From: a bacterium | Lineage (GTDB): Bacteria > Patescibacteriota > Minisyncoccia > Phycocordibacterales > Phycocordibacteraceae | Length of the DNA: 53,851 nt | NCBI GenBank assembly: GCA_021802705.1 | Contig: JAJZRL010000006.1 | Location: 1 to 53,851, forward strand | Reading direction: 5' to 3' | Part shown: positions 26,588 through 35,735 of the stretch, in pieces | How the letters are laid out: each line of letters begins with the position of its first letter | Numbering within the stretch: the first letter of the stretch is position 1 | Made by a program: the position numbers and the translations under genes | The notes under the pieces: model-generated | Told to the model about the DNA's origin: nothing | Databases searched by the model: none | The model's input: the letters and a program-made list of their open reading frames with translations, nothing else

Positions 26588-27723
26588 GATTCGTGCGCAA
26601 GCGCGATGCCCAGCACTCTTTCGGCGAGGATACGAGCGGCGTCCGGATCGGTAAAACCGGCGGCGGAAGCTTCCATGCGCTCGGCGAGTCCGGGGTCGCT
26701 AAGAACGCGTTGTATCTCGGAAGCGAGGATATGGGGCGTGAGATTCTCTTCTTCGATGACGATCGCTGCGCCCGTCCTCGCATACGTGTACGCGTTGGCA
26801 CGCTGGTCGTGACTCACGGACTCGGGGATCGGGATAAGGATGGTCGGTTTTCTCCAGAGGCTGATTTCGGCTATGGCGCTCGATCCCGCGCGCGATACGA
26901 TGACGTCGGCGACGCCCGCGGCTCTTTGGAGCGACGTCTCAGAGAGGTAGCTGAAAGGGTGGTACCGATTCGCGTGAGCGTCCTTCGTAAGGATGACGCT
27001 GGCGATAGCTTCCACGCTCTTCAGGTGTGCCTGGCCGGTTTGATGGATGACATTGGCGAAAGAAACGAGTGTCGAGAGCGAAGAGAGGACAGATTCGTTT
27101 ATCTTCGCCGAACCTTGCGAACCGCCCAGGATAAGGATCGTCGGCATCTCCGCTTCAAGGCCGAGGTATTGTCGCGCCCCTTCCGGTTCCACACGCATGA
27201 GCGCTTTGCGGATCGGGATACCCGTACGAGCGATCTTGCTCTGAACGCGTTTGGGGAAATATTTCGCAGCTCCTTCGAAAGAGACGGCTATCCTCTCCGC
27301 GAACCGGGCTGCGAGGAGATTCGCACGTCCGGGTTTCGCGTCTGATTCGTGGATGATGACGGGGATACGGAGTACCCATGCCGCGAGCACGACCGGTACG
27401 CTGCCGTAGCCGCCCTTGCTTACGACGACATCCGGGTACAAGCGAAAAAGAGTTTTAAGGGCGGCAAAAAAGCCGGCAAGCGTCACGAATGCGCCGGTTA
27501 CGTTTTCAAACGAAGCGTATCGCCGGACTTTTCCAGCCGGAATCTTCACATAGGCAACCCCGTTTTCAAAGAGAGCTTTCTGGTCAAGCGGTTCCGGAGC
27601 GAGGAAATAAAGCTTGGGAGGCACGAGCCGCTGCTCCCTCACCATATCGTTTATTGCTTCGGCAATGGCAATGATCGGATAAAAATGTCCTCCGGTCCCG
27701 CCGCCCGTAAACACGATAGTCAT
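26584..27723 (-). CDS. murG: Lipid II GlcNAc transferase MurG
   Basis: GGGTGGH, KGGY, HESD..PG.AN, GGSQG, SRAG, HDQ..NA. Confidence 0.96.
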   Translation of the reverse strand: MTIVFTGGGTGGHFYPIIAIAEAINDMVREQRLVPPKLYFLAPEPLDQKALFENGVAYVKIPAGKVRRYASFENVTGAFVTLAGFFAALKTLFRLYPDVVVSKGGYGSVPVVLAAWVLRIPVIIHESDAKPGRANLLAARFAERIAVSFEGAAKYFPKRVQSKIARTGIPIRKALMRVEPEGARQYLGLEAEMPTILILGGSQGSAKINESVLSSLSTLVSFANVIHQTGQAHLKSVEAIASVILTKDAHANRYHPFSYLSETSLQRAAGVADVIVSRAGSSAIAEISLWRKPTILIPIPESVSHDQRANAYTYARTGAAIVIEEENLTPHILASEIQRVLSDPGLAERMEASAAGFTDPDAARILAERVLGIALAHES

Positions 27724-27742
27724 ATCCAAACTATAGCAGTTT

Positions 27743-28840
27743 TCAGCTTTTACGCCGCGTGCCGACGTTGAGGATAAAACCGCACATGAGGAAGGTCGCC
27801 ACGAGAGCGGTTCCTCCGTGAGAGACGAACGGAAGCGGCAGGCCCGTAAGCGGGATGATGCCGAGCATCGCGCCGATATTGATGAAAGCCTGCAGGATGA
27901 TGATGAAAGAGAATCCGAGCGCCACTAATCCGCCAAAAAGGTCCCGTGCATTCCCGGCGATGACGATACCGCGCGCGGCAAGCCCGACAAAGAGCGCGAG
28001 AAGGGTCATGGCGCCGATAAACCCCGTCTCTTCCGCAAATACGGCAAAGACGGAATCGCCGTCAGGCTCGGGGAGGTAATTGAATTTTTCTACGCTTTGC
28101 CCGAATCCTCGCCCGAGGATTCCGCCGGAGCCGATCGCGATCAAGGATTGTTGTATCTGGTATCCGCTGCTCAGCGAATGGGCTGAGGGGTCGAAGAAAG
28201 TTTTTACGCGCTCAAGGACATACGGTCGCGGAATGACGATAATGCCGAATACAAGAATGGTGCCGATAGCGAGGATACCGAAGTCGCGCCACGGGGCTCC
28301 GGCGGCAAAGTACATCACGGCCCCTGTCGCGACGATAAGCAGCGTCGTCGACGTGTTCGGCTGCGCGAGCAGGAGCCCGACCGGCAGAGCGAGGAACGCG
28401 GCGAAAGGCAAGAGCCCCTTTTTCGGATTCGTAAGCTGGCGCGCGCGAGGAGCGAGCCACCACGCAAGCCCGAGCACGACGCCGATTTTCAGGAACTCCG
28501 CCGGTTGCAGGGTCGTAAAGCGGAGGTTGATCCATCGCGTTGCCCCGCCGGCATGAAACCCTATTCCCGGTATGAATACGCTCGCTGTAAGGAGGAGCGC
28601 CGCGGCATAGAGGTACGGCGCGAAGGCTCGTATCCGCTCGAGAGGAATCGCGCGGGCGGCAAAGAATGCTACAAGCCCGAATCCGAGCCCGAGCCCCGCT
28701 TGAAGCAGGATGTCCCGGGAAATGGAGACGTTCCCGCGCGCGAGAAGGCCAAGTGTTGCCGAAGAGAATATCGCGAGACCGGCAAGCGCGATAGAGAGCA
28801 TGAGGGCGAAGAAGATGCGATCGCCGGAAACGAATTTCAT
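27743..28840 (-). CDS. ftsW: SEDS peptidoglycan polymerase FtsW
   Basis: GATRWI, QPAEFLK, GYQI.QS..AIGSGG..G.G, LPE..D..FA..EE.G, TGLPLPFVSHGG. Confidence 0.94.
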   Translation of the reverse strand: MKFVSGDRIFFALMLSIALAGLAIFSSATLGLLARGNVSISRDILLQAGLGLGFGLVAFFAARAIPLERIRAFAPYLYAAALLLTASVFIPGIGFHAGGATRWINLRFTTLQPAEFLKIGVVLGLAWWLAPRARQLTNPKKGLLPFAAFLALPVGLLLAQPNTSTTLLIVATGAVMYFAAGAPWRDFGILAIGTILVFGIIVIPRPYVLERVKTFFDPSAHSLSSGYQIQQSLIAIGSGGILGRGFGQSVEKFNYLPEPDGDSVFAVFAEETGFIGAMTLLALFVGLAARGIVIAGNARDLFGGLVALGFSFIIILQAFINIGAMLGIIPLTGLPLPFVSHGGTALVATFLMCGFILNVGTRRKS

Positions 28841-29904
28841 GGAAGGCGCGCGAGAAGCGCGATAGAGAGCCCGAGCACTCCTGCGATAATGGTGATAATC
28901 CAGTAGCGCATGGTGACTTTCGCGGCCGACCAGCCGATTGCTTCGAAGTGGTGGTGGATGGGAGCGACTCGGAACAGTTTTCTATGGAATGCTTTTTTCC
29001 AGAAAATCTGAAGGAGCGTCGTTACGACGGTCGCCGTCAAAGGGAGAGCGACAAGCGGAAGCACGAATATGCCGACGCCGCCGGCAAGCGCGTCTGAAGC
29101 GAAAGCCGTCATTGCAAGCGCGAGCGTGAGCGCCATACTTCCGGTTTCCGACATGTAGAAACGAGCCGGAGGAACGTTGAACCAGAGGAAGGCGAGCGTC
29201 GCTCCCGCAACCGATGCGGCAAACGCTGCAAGCGACGTCTGACCTTCTCCGAAGGCTATGCCGGCGTAAACCATGAATATTATCGCGAATACGCCGCCGG
29301 CAAGGCCGTCAAGACCGTCTATCGTGCCGCCTGCATAAATGGCGAGCGTGACGAGTGCGAAAAACGGGATGATGAACCAGCCGATCACAAGCGGAGCGCC
29401 GAAAGGGACGCCGATAGCGGTAACGCCGAGTTTTGTGTAGAACCACCAGCCGCCGGCAAGGCCGATGCTTCCGACGATGATAAGCCGGCGGGCAAGCGAA
29501 AGCCCACCTTTCCCTTCGGTAATCTCAAGGAAGTCGTCGATGAGCCCCGCGTATGCGCCGGCAGCGAGAGCGAAGAGAGGCAGCCATGTCTCACGGCGAT
29601 TTACGAAGTCGAGCACCGGCCAGAACGTGCCGAGCGAATGAGCGAGGATCCAGAAAAACAGAGCCGTCCACAGGACCGAAACCCAGATGAGGATACCGCC
29701 CATGCGCGGCGTCGAAACTTCCCGCTCTTTGTGCAGCTCATCGAAGATCGGGGTGCCTCCCCCGCCGATGCCATTCCCCTTCCCCGCTTTTTTCTTCCAA
29801 GCTTTTGCCCGGTACAGGATGTTTGCGAGGAAAGGAGCAAGCGCGATGCCGAATGCAAACGACGTTGCGGAAGGTATGAGGATCCTTGCGGCGGTGCTGA
29901 TCAT
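28837..29904 (-). CDS. mraY: Phospho-N-acetylmuramoyl-pentapeptide transferase MraY
   Basis: TPRMGG, DD, DGLDGL, FLWFN.PPA.FYM, APIHHHFE. Confidence 0.94.
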   Translation of the reverse strand: MISTAARILIPSATSFAFGIALAPFLANILYRAKAWKKKAGKGNGIGGGGTPIFDELHKEREVSTPRMGGILIWVSVLWTALFFWILAHSLGTFWPVLDFVNRRETWLPLFALAAGAYAGLIDDFLEITEGKGGLSLARRLIIVGSIGLAGGWWFYTKLGVTAIGVPFGAPLVIGWFIIPFFALVTLAIYAGGTIDGLDGLAGGVFAIIFMVYAGIAFGEGQTSLAAFAASVAGATLAFLWFNVPPARFYMSETGSMALTLALAMTAFASDALAGGVGIFVLPLVALPLTATVVTTLLQIFWKKAFHRKLFRVAPIHHHFEAIGWSAAKVTMRYWIITIIAGVLGLSIALLARLP

Positions 29905-30860
29905 AGAGAAGCGACGCCCGCGAAATGCGCGAATGTCGCCGCGACGAGCGCGGCGCCGTCGGTGAAACGAGCTTTCAGCGATGACCCGAGAACGACCACC
30001 GCTATCGGATGTTCGATACCGACGTCAAAGACGAGCGCAAGGTTGCCCCCCGCGAGATCGGTATAGCCTGTCTTCGAGAGCAGGAGATGCGGGATGGTGG
30101 TGACTATCGGGTCTGTGTTTCTTACGGAAAAAGATACGCCCTCTTTCGAGACGGCGTGAGCCGAAGGCTGCGTTGTCGCGGCTGTTATCTCCGGAGCTCG
30201 CTCGACCAAAGCACCCGCGAGGCGGGCGATATCGTGTGCGGAACCGTAGCCGCCCGAAACGGCAGTGTTCGCATCAAGGCCGTTCCCGTTGACCGCGTAG
30301 GTTTGCGAAAGTCCGAGCGCGGCGGCCGTTCCGGCAAGCATGGCGTTTTCCGTTTCGTTTTTCCGTTTCGCTGTCGCTTCGGCAATCGCGGCAGCGCCGT
30401 CGTTCAGCGATGCGGTGAGCGTGAGGCGCGCGAGATCGGACAGAGAGAATACCTGACCCGGAGAAAAGGCGTGAGGCGCATCGAGTCCCATGACGTCGGC
30501 AGGGATGGTTATCGGCGTATCCGGTGAAAATTCGGAAAGAGCGGTATAGATGGTCAGGAGTTTCGTAAGCGAGGCGAGAGGAAGCTGGGCATCGGCGTTT
30601 TTTGCGTATAGCGTTTTGCCGGTGGCAAGATCATAGACGGTCGCAGCTTTCGCTTCGACATGGATGTGTGCGAAGGCATTCGGCGGAGTGGAGGTCGCTA
30701 TGGTGATCGGCGAGGGCGCTTCTTTCTTGTCGGGAGAAAACGGCAAGAAAAAGAAGAGGGCGAGAAGTCCGGAAGAAAGTACGAGCGCGGTTCCGATCTC
30801 GCGCAGGGACCGGATGCGCTGCTGTTCCGCCGCCGCCATATCTTGAGCATCCATAAGCAT
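29901..30860 (-). CDS. D-alanyl-D-alanine carboxypeptidase (S11), membrane-anchored
   Basis: TM, PLASLTK (SxxK), SLN, KTGYT..AG. Confidence 0.9.
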   Translation of the reverse strand: MLMDAQDMAAAEQQRIRSLREIGTALVLSSGLLALFFFLPFSPDKKEAPSPITIATSTPPNAFAHIHVEAKAATVYDLATGKTLYAKNADAQLPLASLTKLLTIYTALSEFSPDTPITIPADVMGLDAPHAFSPGQVFSLSDLARLTLTASLNDGAAAIAEATAKRKNETENAMLAGTAAALGLSQTYAVNGNGLDANTAVSGGYGSAHDIARLAGALVERAPEITAATTQPSAHAVSKEGVSFSVRNTDPIVTTIPHLLLSKTGYTDLAGGNLALVFDVGIEHPIAVVVLGSSLKARFTDGAALVAATFAHFAGVASL

Positions 30861-30877
30861 GTTTACGAAGAGGGATG

Positions 30878-31423
30878 CTATTCCGACGGATAATCGACTT
30901 CCTTCACGATTGCCGCTATTTTAAGAGAAAGCTCTTGCTTTCGTGGGAGTTCATCGGCATTTCTAAGTCCCAGGTGCGCGAGCGCCTCGGTGGTGAGATA
31001 GTAGCGTATCCGCCGTTTGTCATGCTCGTCTTCCCTCCCCTCGATAAGGCCGCGCAGGAGGAGAGTCCGCAATGACGCAGAGGAATTGACTCCGCGCACC
31101 CAGTCGATCTCGCCGCGCGACGCCCCTTCCTGGTAAGCGATGATAGAGAGTGTTTCCAGGCTTGCCTTGCCGAGATCGCGGGCAAGGGTCTGTTCTCGGA
31201 ATTTGTTTATGACGGCAGCCGCCTCCGGGGCGGTACGCAGCTCAACCTCGGTTTCGGTCTCGACGAGAACGACGCCGCTTTCGTCGAGAGAGCCGGCGAG
31301 CGCCGAGAGCGCCGCGGCAAGCCCTTCCCTATCAAGCCCGACGAGAGCGGCTAACTGTCCTTTATCGAAAGGCTCGCCGGAAGCGAAAAGGAGCGAAAAG
31401 ACGGCGGCCTGAGGGGTGAGCAT
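30878..31423 (-). CDS. scpB: SMC-Scp complex subunit ScpB
   Basis: LLFASGEP, LETLSIIAY, IDWVRGVNS, LGL...DELP. Confidence 0.94.
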   Translation of the reverse strand: MLTPQAAVFSLLFASGEPFDKGQLAALVGLDREGLAAALSALAGSLDESGVVLVETETEVELRTAPEAAAVINKFREQTLARDLGKASLETLSIIAYQEGASRGEIDWVRGVNSSASLRTLLLRGLIEGREDEHDKRRIRYYLTTEALAHLGLRNADELPRKQELSLKIAAIVKEVDYPSE

Positions 31424-31477
31424 CCATCTATCATAGCCGTGCTCTCTTCCCCAAGCAACGTGTGTCCCTGGGGATGC

Positions 31478-32224
31478 TTATCCGTACCGCGGAACCGTGT
31501 TGACGGCCGTATGATTGATGCGGATATCGCCTACCGTGTCGTACTGGTCAGCGGAGACCGTGCCCTGCTTAACAAGCTCAAGGAGAGCGAGAAAAGAGAC
31601 GATGATTTCGACCTTTTCTTTCGTATCGCCGGTAAATTCCCTGAAAGAAAGCGTCATGGCGCGTGCTACGCGCTTAGCGAGGCGGTCCATCATTTCCTCT
31701 ATGGTGACGAGAGGTTTGATGCGTGTTTCCGGTAATTTTTCGGGTATCGTTTGCGCGGAAGAGAGGACTCGCATAAGCGCGCTCTCAAGAGCTTCTTTCG
31801 TGCAATCGCGTGTCGGGGAGAAGAAGGGTTCCGGAGGGCGGCGGCTTGCCGCCCTCATGAGATTTTTCCCGAAAATGCGTCCAAGTTCGCGCGCCGCTTC
31901 GCGGGCTTTTTCATAGATTTCGAGCCGATGCTTGAGGTCTTCGACATCCGTACGTTCCTCTTGGGTCAGGACAAGATCGGGGATGAGCGATTTTGACTTT
32001 ATGAGGAGCAGCGTCGCTGCTATCTGGATGAAGTTTGCGGTTTCTTCGACCGGGAAGGTTTCCTGCGCCCGTACATGCTCGATGAAGTCATCGGTGATGC
32101 TTGCGAGGGCGAGATCATTGACAAGGAGCTTCCGTGCTTCGATAAGCTCGAGCGCAAGCTCGAATGGCCCCTGATAGGCTTCCGTCTCTACGATGAAGTT
32201 GGTTTTAAGCGTCGTCGGATTCAT
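31478..32224 (-). CDS. scpA: Segregation and condensation protein ScpA
   Basis: YQGPFEL.L.LI, ATLLLIKSKSL.P, SFLALLELVK. Confidence 0.94.
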   Translation of the reverse strand: MNPTTLKTNFIVETEAYQGPFELALELIEARKLLVNDLALASITDDFIEHVRAQETFPVEETANFIQIAATLLLIKSKSLIPDLVLTQEERTDVEDLKHRLEIYEKAREAARELGRIFGKNLMRAASRRPPEPFFSPTRDCTKEALESALMRVLSSAQTIPEKLPETRIKPLVTIEEMMDRLAKRVARAMTLSFREFTGDTKEKVEIIVSFLALLELVKQGTVSADQYDTVGDIRINHTAVNTVPRYG

Positions 32225-33527
32225 CGGGGATCGAGCTTGAAAGCAACACGTCGATGCGATTCATATCACGAGGGAAAAGCGCCGCCTTCTTCACGTTGTC
32301 GAGGAGGAGAAATTTCTGCGTGAGACGTTCAAGGCCCATGCCGATACCGCCGTGGGGCGGCATGCCGTACTTGAAAGCCATGAGATAGAACGAAAACTTT
32401 TCCGGATCAAGGCCTTTTGCCCGCATATGCTCGACGAGCATGTCGTAGTCGTGTACGCGTTGACTGCCCGAAACGATCTCGACGCCGCGGAAGAGGAGGT
32501 CGAAGCTCTTCGTCATGCCTGGATCGCTCGCGTCTTCCATCGTGTAGAATGGGCGCTTCGAGACCGGGTAGTGCGTGACGAAAACGAAGTCGCTCCCCTT
32601 CTCTTTCGCCGCCCACTCCGAGAGCGCACGCTCGTGTTCAGGCTCGAGATCGGGCTCGTCGGTGGAGACGCCGAGGAGCGTCTGTGCCTCGCGGAGCGTC
32701 ATCGTCGGGAAGTGTTCAGGCACTTGAGGAAGCGGCACCTGATCCGGGAGTTTCTCTTCGAGGCGCTTGGTGATGTGCTTCAGCGTTCTCTCGAGCATGC
32801 GCATGACATCGGTATGGTCTTCGATGAAGCCCATCTCGAAATCGAGCATCGTGAGCTCGTTCAGGTGCCGGGTAGTCGCATGCTTCTCCGCGCGGAACTG
32901 GGCGCCGGTCGTGTAGACGCGCTCGAAGGCGCCGACCATCATCTGCTTATAGAGTTGCGGCGAGGTAGCGAGGTAGGCGCTCCGATCCTTGAAGTATTCG
33001 ACCTTGAAGACGCCGGCGCCGCCCTCGGCATCGTCGCCGACGAGTTTCGGCGCCTGGAACTCGGTAAAGCCCTGGCTGTCGAGGTATTCGCGAAAACCCG
33101 CGATGATCTCGCGCTGCGCCGCGAAGATGAGCCGTTCATGATCGCGGCGGACGGTGAGCGGGCGGTAGTCGAGCATCGTGTCGAGGTTGATATCGGCGTC
33201 CGCTTCAAATGGAAGCGTTTCCGCTTTCCCGAGCACTTCGATGCCACGCACCTCGAGCTCGATGTCGCCGTTCTGACGGTCCACGGCGTTTCTCTCCGGA
33301 CGCTTGTTCACGGTGCCTTCGACGCGCACGACGTATTCCGGACGGGTCTCCTTGGCGGTTTCTATGGCCGGCGAGCCTGGCAGGACGACGCCCTGCACCT
33401 TCCCCGAGCGGTCGCGGAAATCGAAAAAGACGAGTTTCCCTTGGTCACGGCGGACGTCAATCGACGCCCCGATCGAAATCGTCTCGCCCATGTGTTTCCC
33501 AAGCTCTCCGATAAGCGTGCGCTCCAT
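32205..33527 (-). CDS. aspS: Aspartate--tRNA(Asp/Asn) ligase, archaeal-type non-discriminating
   Basis: About 440 aa with no GAD insert; AEGGA, LATSPQLYKQ, FRAE, SGSQR, YGMPPHGG.GMGLERL. Confidence 0.93.
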   Translation of the reverse strand: MERTLIGELGKHMGETISIGASIDVRRDQGKLVFFDFRDRSGKVQGVVLPGSPAIETAKETRPEYVVRVEGTVNKRPERNAVDRQNGDIELEVRGIEVLGKAETLPFEADADINLDTMLDYRPLTVRRDHERLIFAAQREIIAGFREYLDSQGFTEFQAPKLVGDDAEGGAGVFKVEYFKDRSAYLATSPQLYKQMMVGAFERVYTTGAQFRAEKHATTRHLNELTMLDFEMGFIEDHTDVMRMLERTLKHITKRLEEKLPDQVPLPQVPEHFPTMTLREAQTLLGVSTDEPDLEPEHERALSEWAAKEKGSDFVFVTHYPVSKRPFYTMEDASDPGMTKSFDLLFRGVEIVSGSQRVHDYDMLVEHMRAKGLDPEKFSFYLMAFKYGMPPHGGIGMGLERLTQKFLLLDNVKKAALFPRDMNRIDVLLSSSIPDESDDA

Positions 33528-33665
33528 AATGTCTATAAAATAACACACCCCGCGATGTTTTGCGGGGTTCCCGCTACCAGGCCGCCATATCTTGTCATCG
33601 GATCCGTAATGCGGACAAGTAAGGTTTTGGTGTCCAAGACGTACTCCTTTTGATGTCGAAACGGG

Positions 33666-34625
33666 TTATACAACGCCGATAGCGCGACGGACTTGTTCCA
33701 TCTTCGCCTCGCTTACGACGCGGGCTTCTTGCATCCCTTCCCTAAGGATCTCTTCGACAGTATCCGGATTTTCCTGCAGCTCTTCGTATCTTGCTCGCAT
33801 CGGCGCGAGATAACGATCGAGATCCTCGACGAGGAACTCTTTGAGCATCTTGTAATTCCCTTCATACTCGGCATAGAGCTTTTCAAGCTCGTGTTCGCCC
33901 CGCACGAGCTTATGGATGGCATAGACGATCTCCGGCCGTTTCCCTGATGAGTCGGTTACGATACTCATGACGTTTTTCACAAGTTCGTCATGACTCGCGA
34001 AAAGCGGTATGACATTCCCGTAACTTTTGCTCATTTTTTGACCGTCGACGCCCGGGACAATGGCGACATCGGGCAGGATGTAGGGTTCGGGGAGCGTAAA
34101 GACTTGCGACTTGAAGATCCGGTTGAATTTCTCGGCAGTGTCGCGCGCATATTCGATGTGCTGTTTCTGGTCTTGACCGACCGGAACGATCTTCGCGTCG
34201 TAGAGCAAGATATCGGCCGCCATGAGCATCGGGTAATTGAAGGTGCCGACGCTTATCTCTTTGTTTTTCGCTTCGGCATCCTTGAAGGCGTGCGCCCGTT
34301 CAAGGTAAGGCATCGTGGTGAGAGTATCGAATATCCAGCAAAGCTCGGTATGAGCGGGGACGTCCGACTGCTTGAAAAGCACGATGTCCTCCGGATCGAG
34401 ACCGACGGCAAGGTACGCCATCGCAAGCTCGCGGGTACGGCGGCGCATCTCATCCGCATCATGTACGAAATTGAGGGCGTGGTAATCAGCGATGAAGATA
34501 AACGGACGACACTTCTTGGTTTTCGAGAGATCGACCAGCTGGCGCATCGCGCCGAAGTAATTGCCGATATGAAGATTGCCTGTCGGCTTTACGCCGGAGA
34601 CGAGGACGGGTTTCGTCGCGGTCAT
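33666..34625 (-). CDS. trpS: Tryptophan--tRNA ligase
   Basis: SGVKPTG, HIGNYFG, YPMLMAADIL, VPVGQDQ, KMSKS. Confidence 0.97.
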   Translation of the reverse strand: MTATKPVLVSGVKPTGNLHIGNYFGAMRQLVDLSKTKKCRPFIFIADYHALNFVHDADEMRRRTRELAMAYLAVGLDPEDIVLFKQSDVPAHTELCWIFDTLTTMPYLERAHAFKDAEAKNKEISVGTFNYPMLMAADILLYDAKIVPVGQDQKQHIEYARDTAEKFNRIFKSQVFTLPEPYILPDVAIVPGVDGQKMSKSYGNVIPLFASHDELVKNVMSIVTDSSGKRPEIVYAIHKLVRGEHELEKLYAEYEGNYKMLKEFLVEDLDRYLAPMRARYEELQENPDTVEEILREGMQEARVVSEAKMEQVRRAIGVV

Positions 34626-34663
34626 GTCCACTATGCTACCACGAAAGCTTGCGATATGCCGAT

Positions 34664-34692
34664 AAAAAAACTCCGCGCTTTAAGACGCGGAG
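34664..34692 (-). terminator. Intrinsic terminator of the island gene
   Basis: Minus strand CTCCGCG-TCTTAAAG-CGCGGAG-TTTTTTT. Confidence 0.8.
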
Positions 34693-34751
34693 CGAAATAA
34701 GGAGCGGAGCCCCTTAAGGAGGAAGACCTCTTTAATTTTACAGGTAAAGAA

Positions 34752-35246
34752 CTAAAAGCTAGTAGGGTTGTACACAACTACTCGACGCCTGTCATTGAGC
34801 TCCCCATCAACATATTCACTGCTCCAATACCAGTAGTTCCTGTCTTTATAGAGATACCGGACGGAAAGCTTTCCGAACAGATCCCGATATTCGGTTCCCC
34901 AGAAAAGAGGATAAATGGATTCCCATTCTTCTGGTATGAGGTGCTGATGGGCAAGAAGGAAATCAAGGACGTTAGCGTTCAAGGCAGGCATGTCCGCAAG
35001 TTCCGCGCGGATGATTCTGCCATGCGCTTCGCCTTTTTCTTTCTGACTCTTCGAAAGCCAAAGCGTTATCCTTGAGGGATCCCAGACGAGCTGCCCATTC
35101 TTTTTGTGGTTTTTGTACCCCACCCATCCTTCAGGGATGAAAGGTTCGGCATCGCAATCGATGATGTGAAGAGTGCGCTTGTTTTCAGCGACGTAGCCGG
35201 AGCTACGTTCGCTACCGTTCTCAACGTCAAACGTTGAATCATTCAT
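34752..35246 (-). CDS. Hypothetical protein with aromatic-rich C-terminus (possible C-type-lectin-like fold)
   Basis: GGAGG SD before ATG 35246, own promoter and terminator; HIIDCDAEPF..GW, LNANVLDFLL..LIPEEW, FWGT, VRYLY..WYW. Confidence 0.75.
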   Translation of the reverse strand: MNDSTFDVENGSERSSGYVAENKRTLHIIDCDAEPFIPEGWVGYKNHKKNGQLVWDPSRITLWLSKSQKEKGEAHGRIIRAELADMPALNANVLDFLLAHQHLIPEEWESIYPLFWGTEYRDLFGKLSVRYLYKDRNYWYWSSEYVDGELNDRRRVVVYNPTSF

Positions 35247-35295
35247 CGGTATACCTCCAATGTCTGCCAGCGGGCTCCGGAGGACTTTCCCCGGT

Positions 35296-35344
35296 TTGCC
35301 GTAGCAAAAAATAGCCCGTTGCGAGCTGCTTTTTGCTACGGCAA
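35296..35344 (-). promoter_or_regulatory. Structured 5' leader: 15-bp perfect stem enclosing an inner hairpin
   Basis: TTGCCGTAGCAAAAA (35296-35310) / TTTTTGCTACGGCAA (35330-35344). Confidence 0.65.
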
Positions 35345-35351
35345 CACCGCT

Positions 35352-35380
35352 ATAATACCACACGCACCATTTCTTGCCAA
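35352..35380 (-). promoter_or_regulatory. sigma70-type promoter TTGGCA-N17-TATTAT with extended TG
   Basis: Direct motif match, 17-bp spacing. Confidence 0.65.
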
Positions 35381-35470
35381 TACTTCTGAGCTCAAAGTAA
35401 AGCGAGAGCCCCAAGCGGAAGTTTCTGCGAGAGGCTCGAATGTGATGATTCCAATGAACAGCGGGAAACT

Positions 35471-35653
35471 TCAGTGACGCAAGCGTTTCAGGTGCTTTAA
35501 AAACCTGCAGTCCGCGATTCCTGACGCCGCACAGTAGAGTGCGGCGAGCGAGTAGGCTGTCGTCGTCACCCACTCGCCTTGTAGCGAAGACAGGACGGCT
35601 AGGATGATGAAACTCACGCACAAAAACACACCAAGAAAGATTAATGGTCTCAC
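35471..35653 (-). CDS. Small (60 aa) two-TM membrane protein with basic C-terminus
   Basis: GAGGAGG SD before GTG, consensus promoter upstream, hairpin downstream. Confidence 0.6.
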   Translation of the reverse strand: MRPLIFLGVFLCVSFIILAVLSSLQGEWVTTTAYSLAALYCAASGIADCRFLKHLKRLRH

Positions 35654-35735
35654 AGTATTACCTCCTCAAGGTACAATTTCTCCACGGTACTTACCGCAGA
35701 GGTCGGCGGGTTTTTGGGATCCCGATGACACAACC

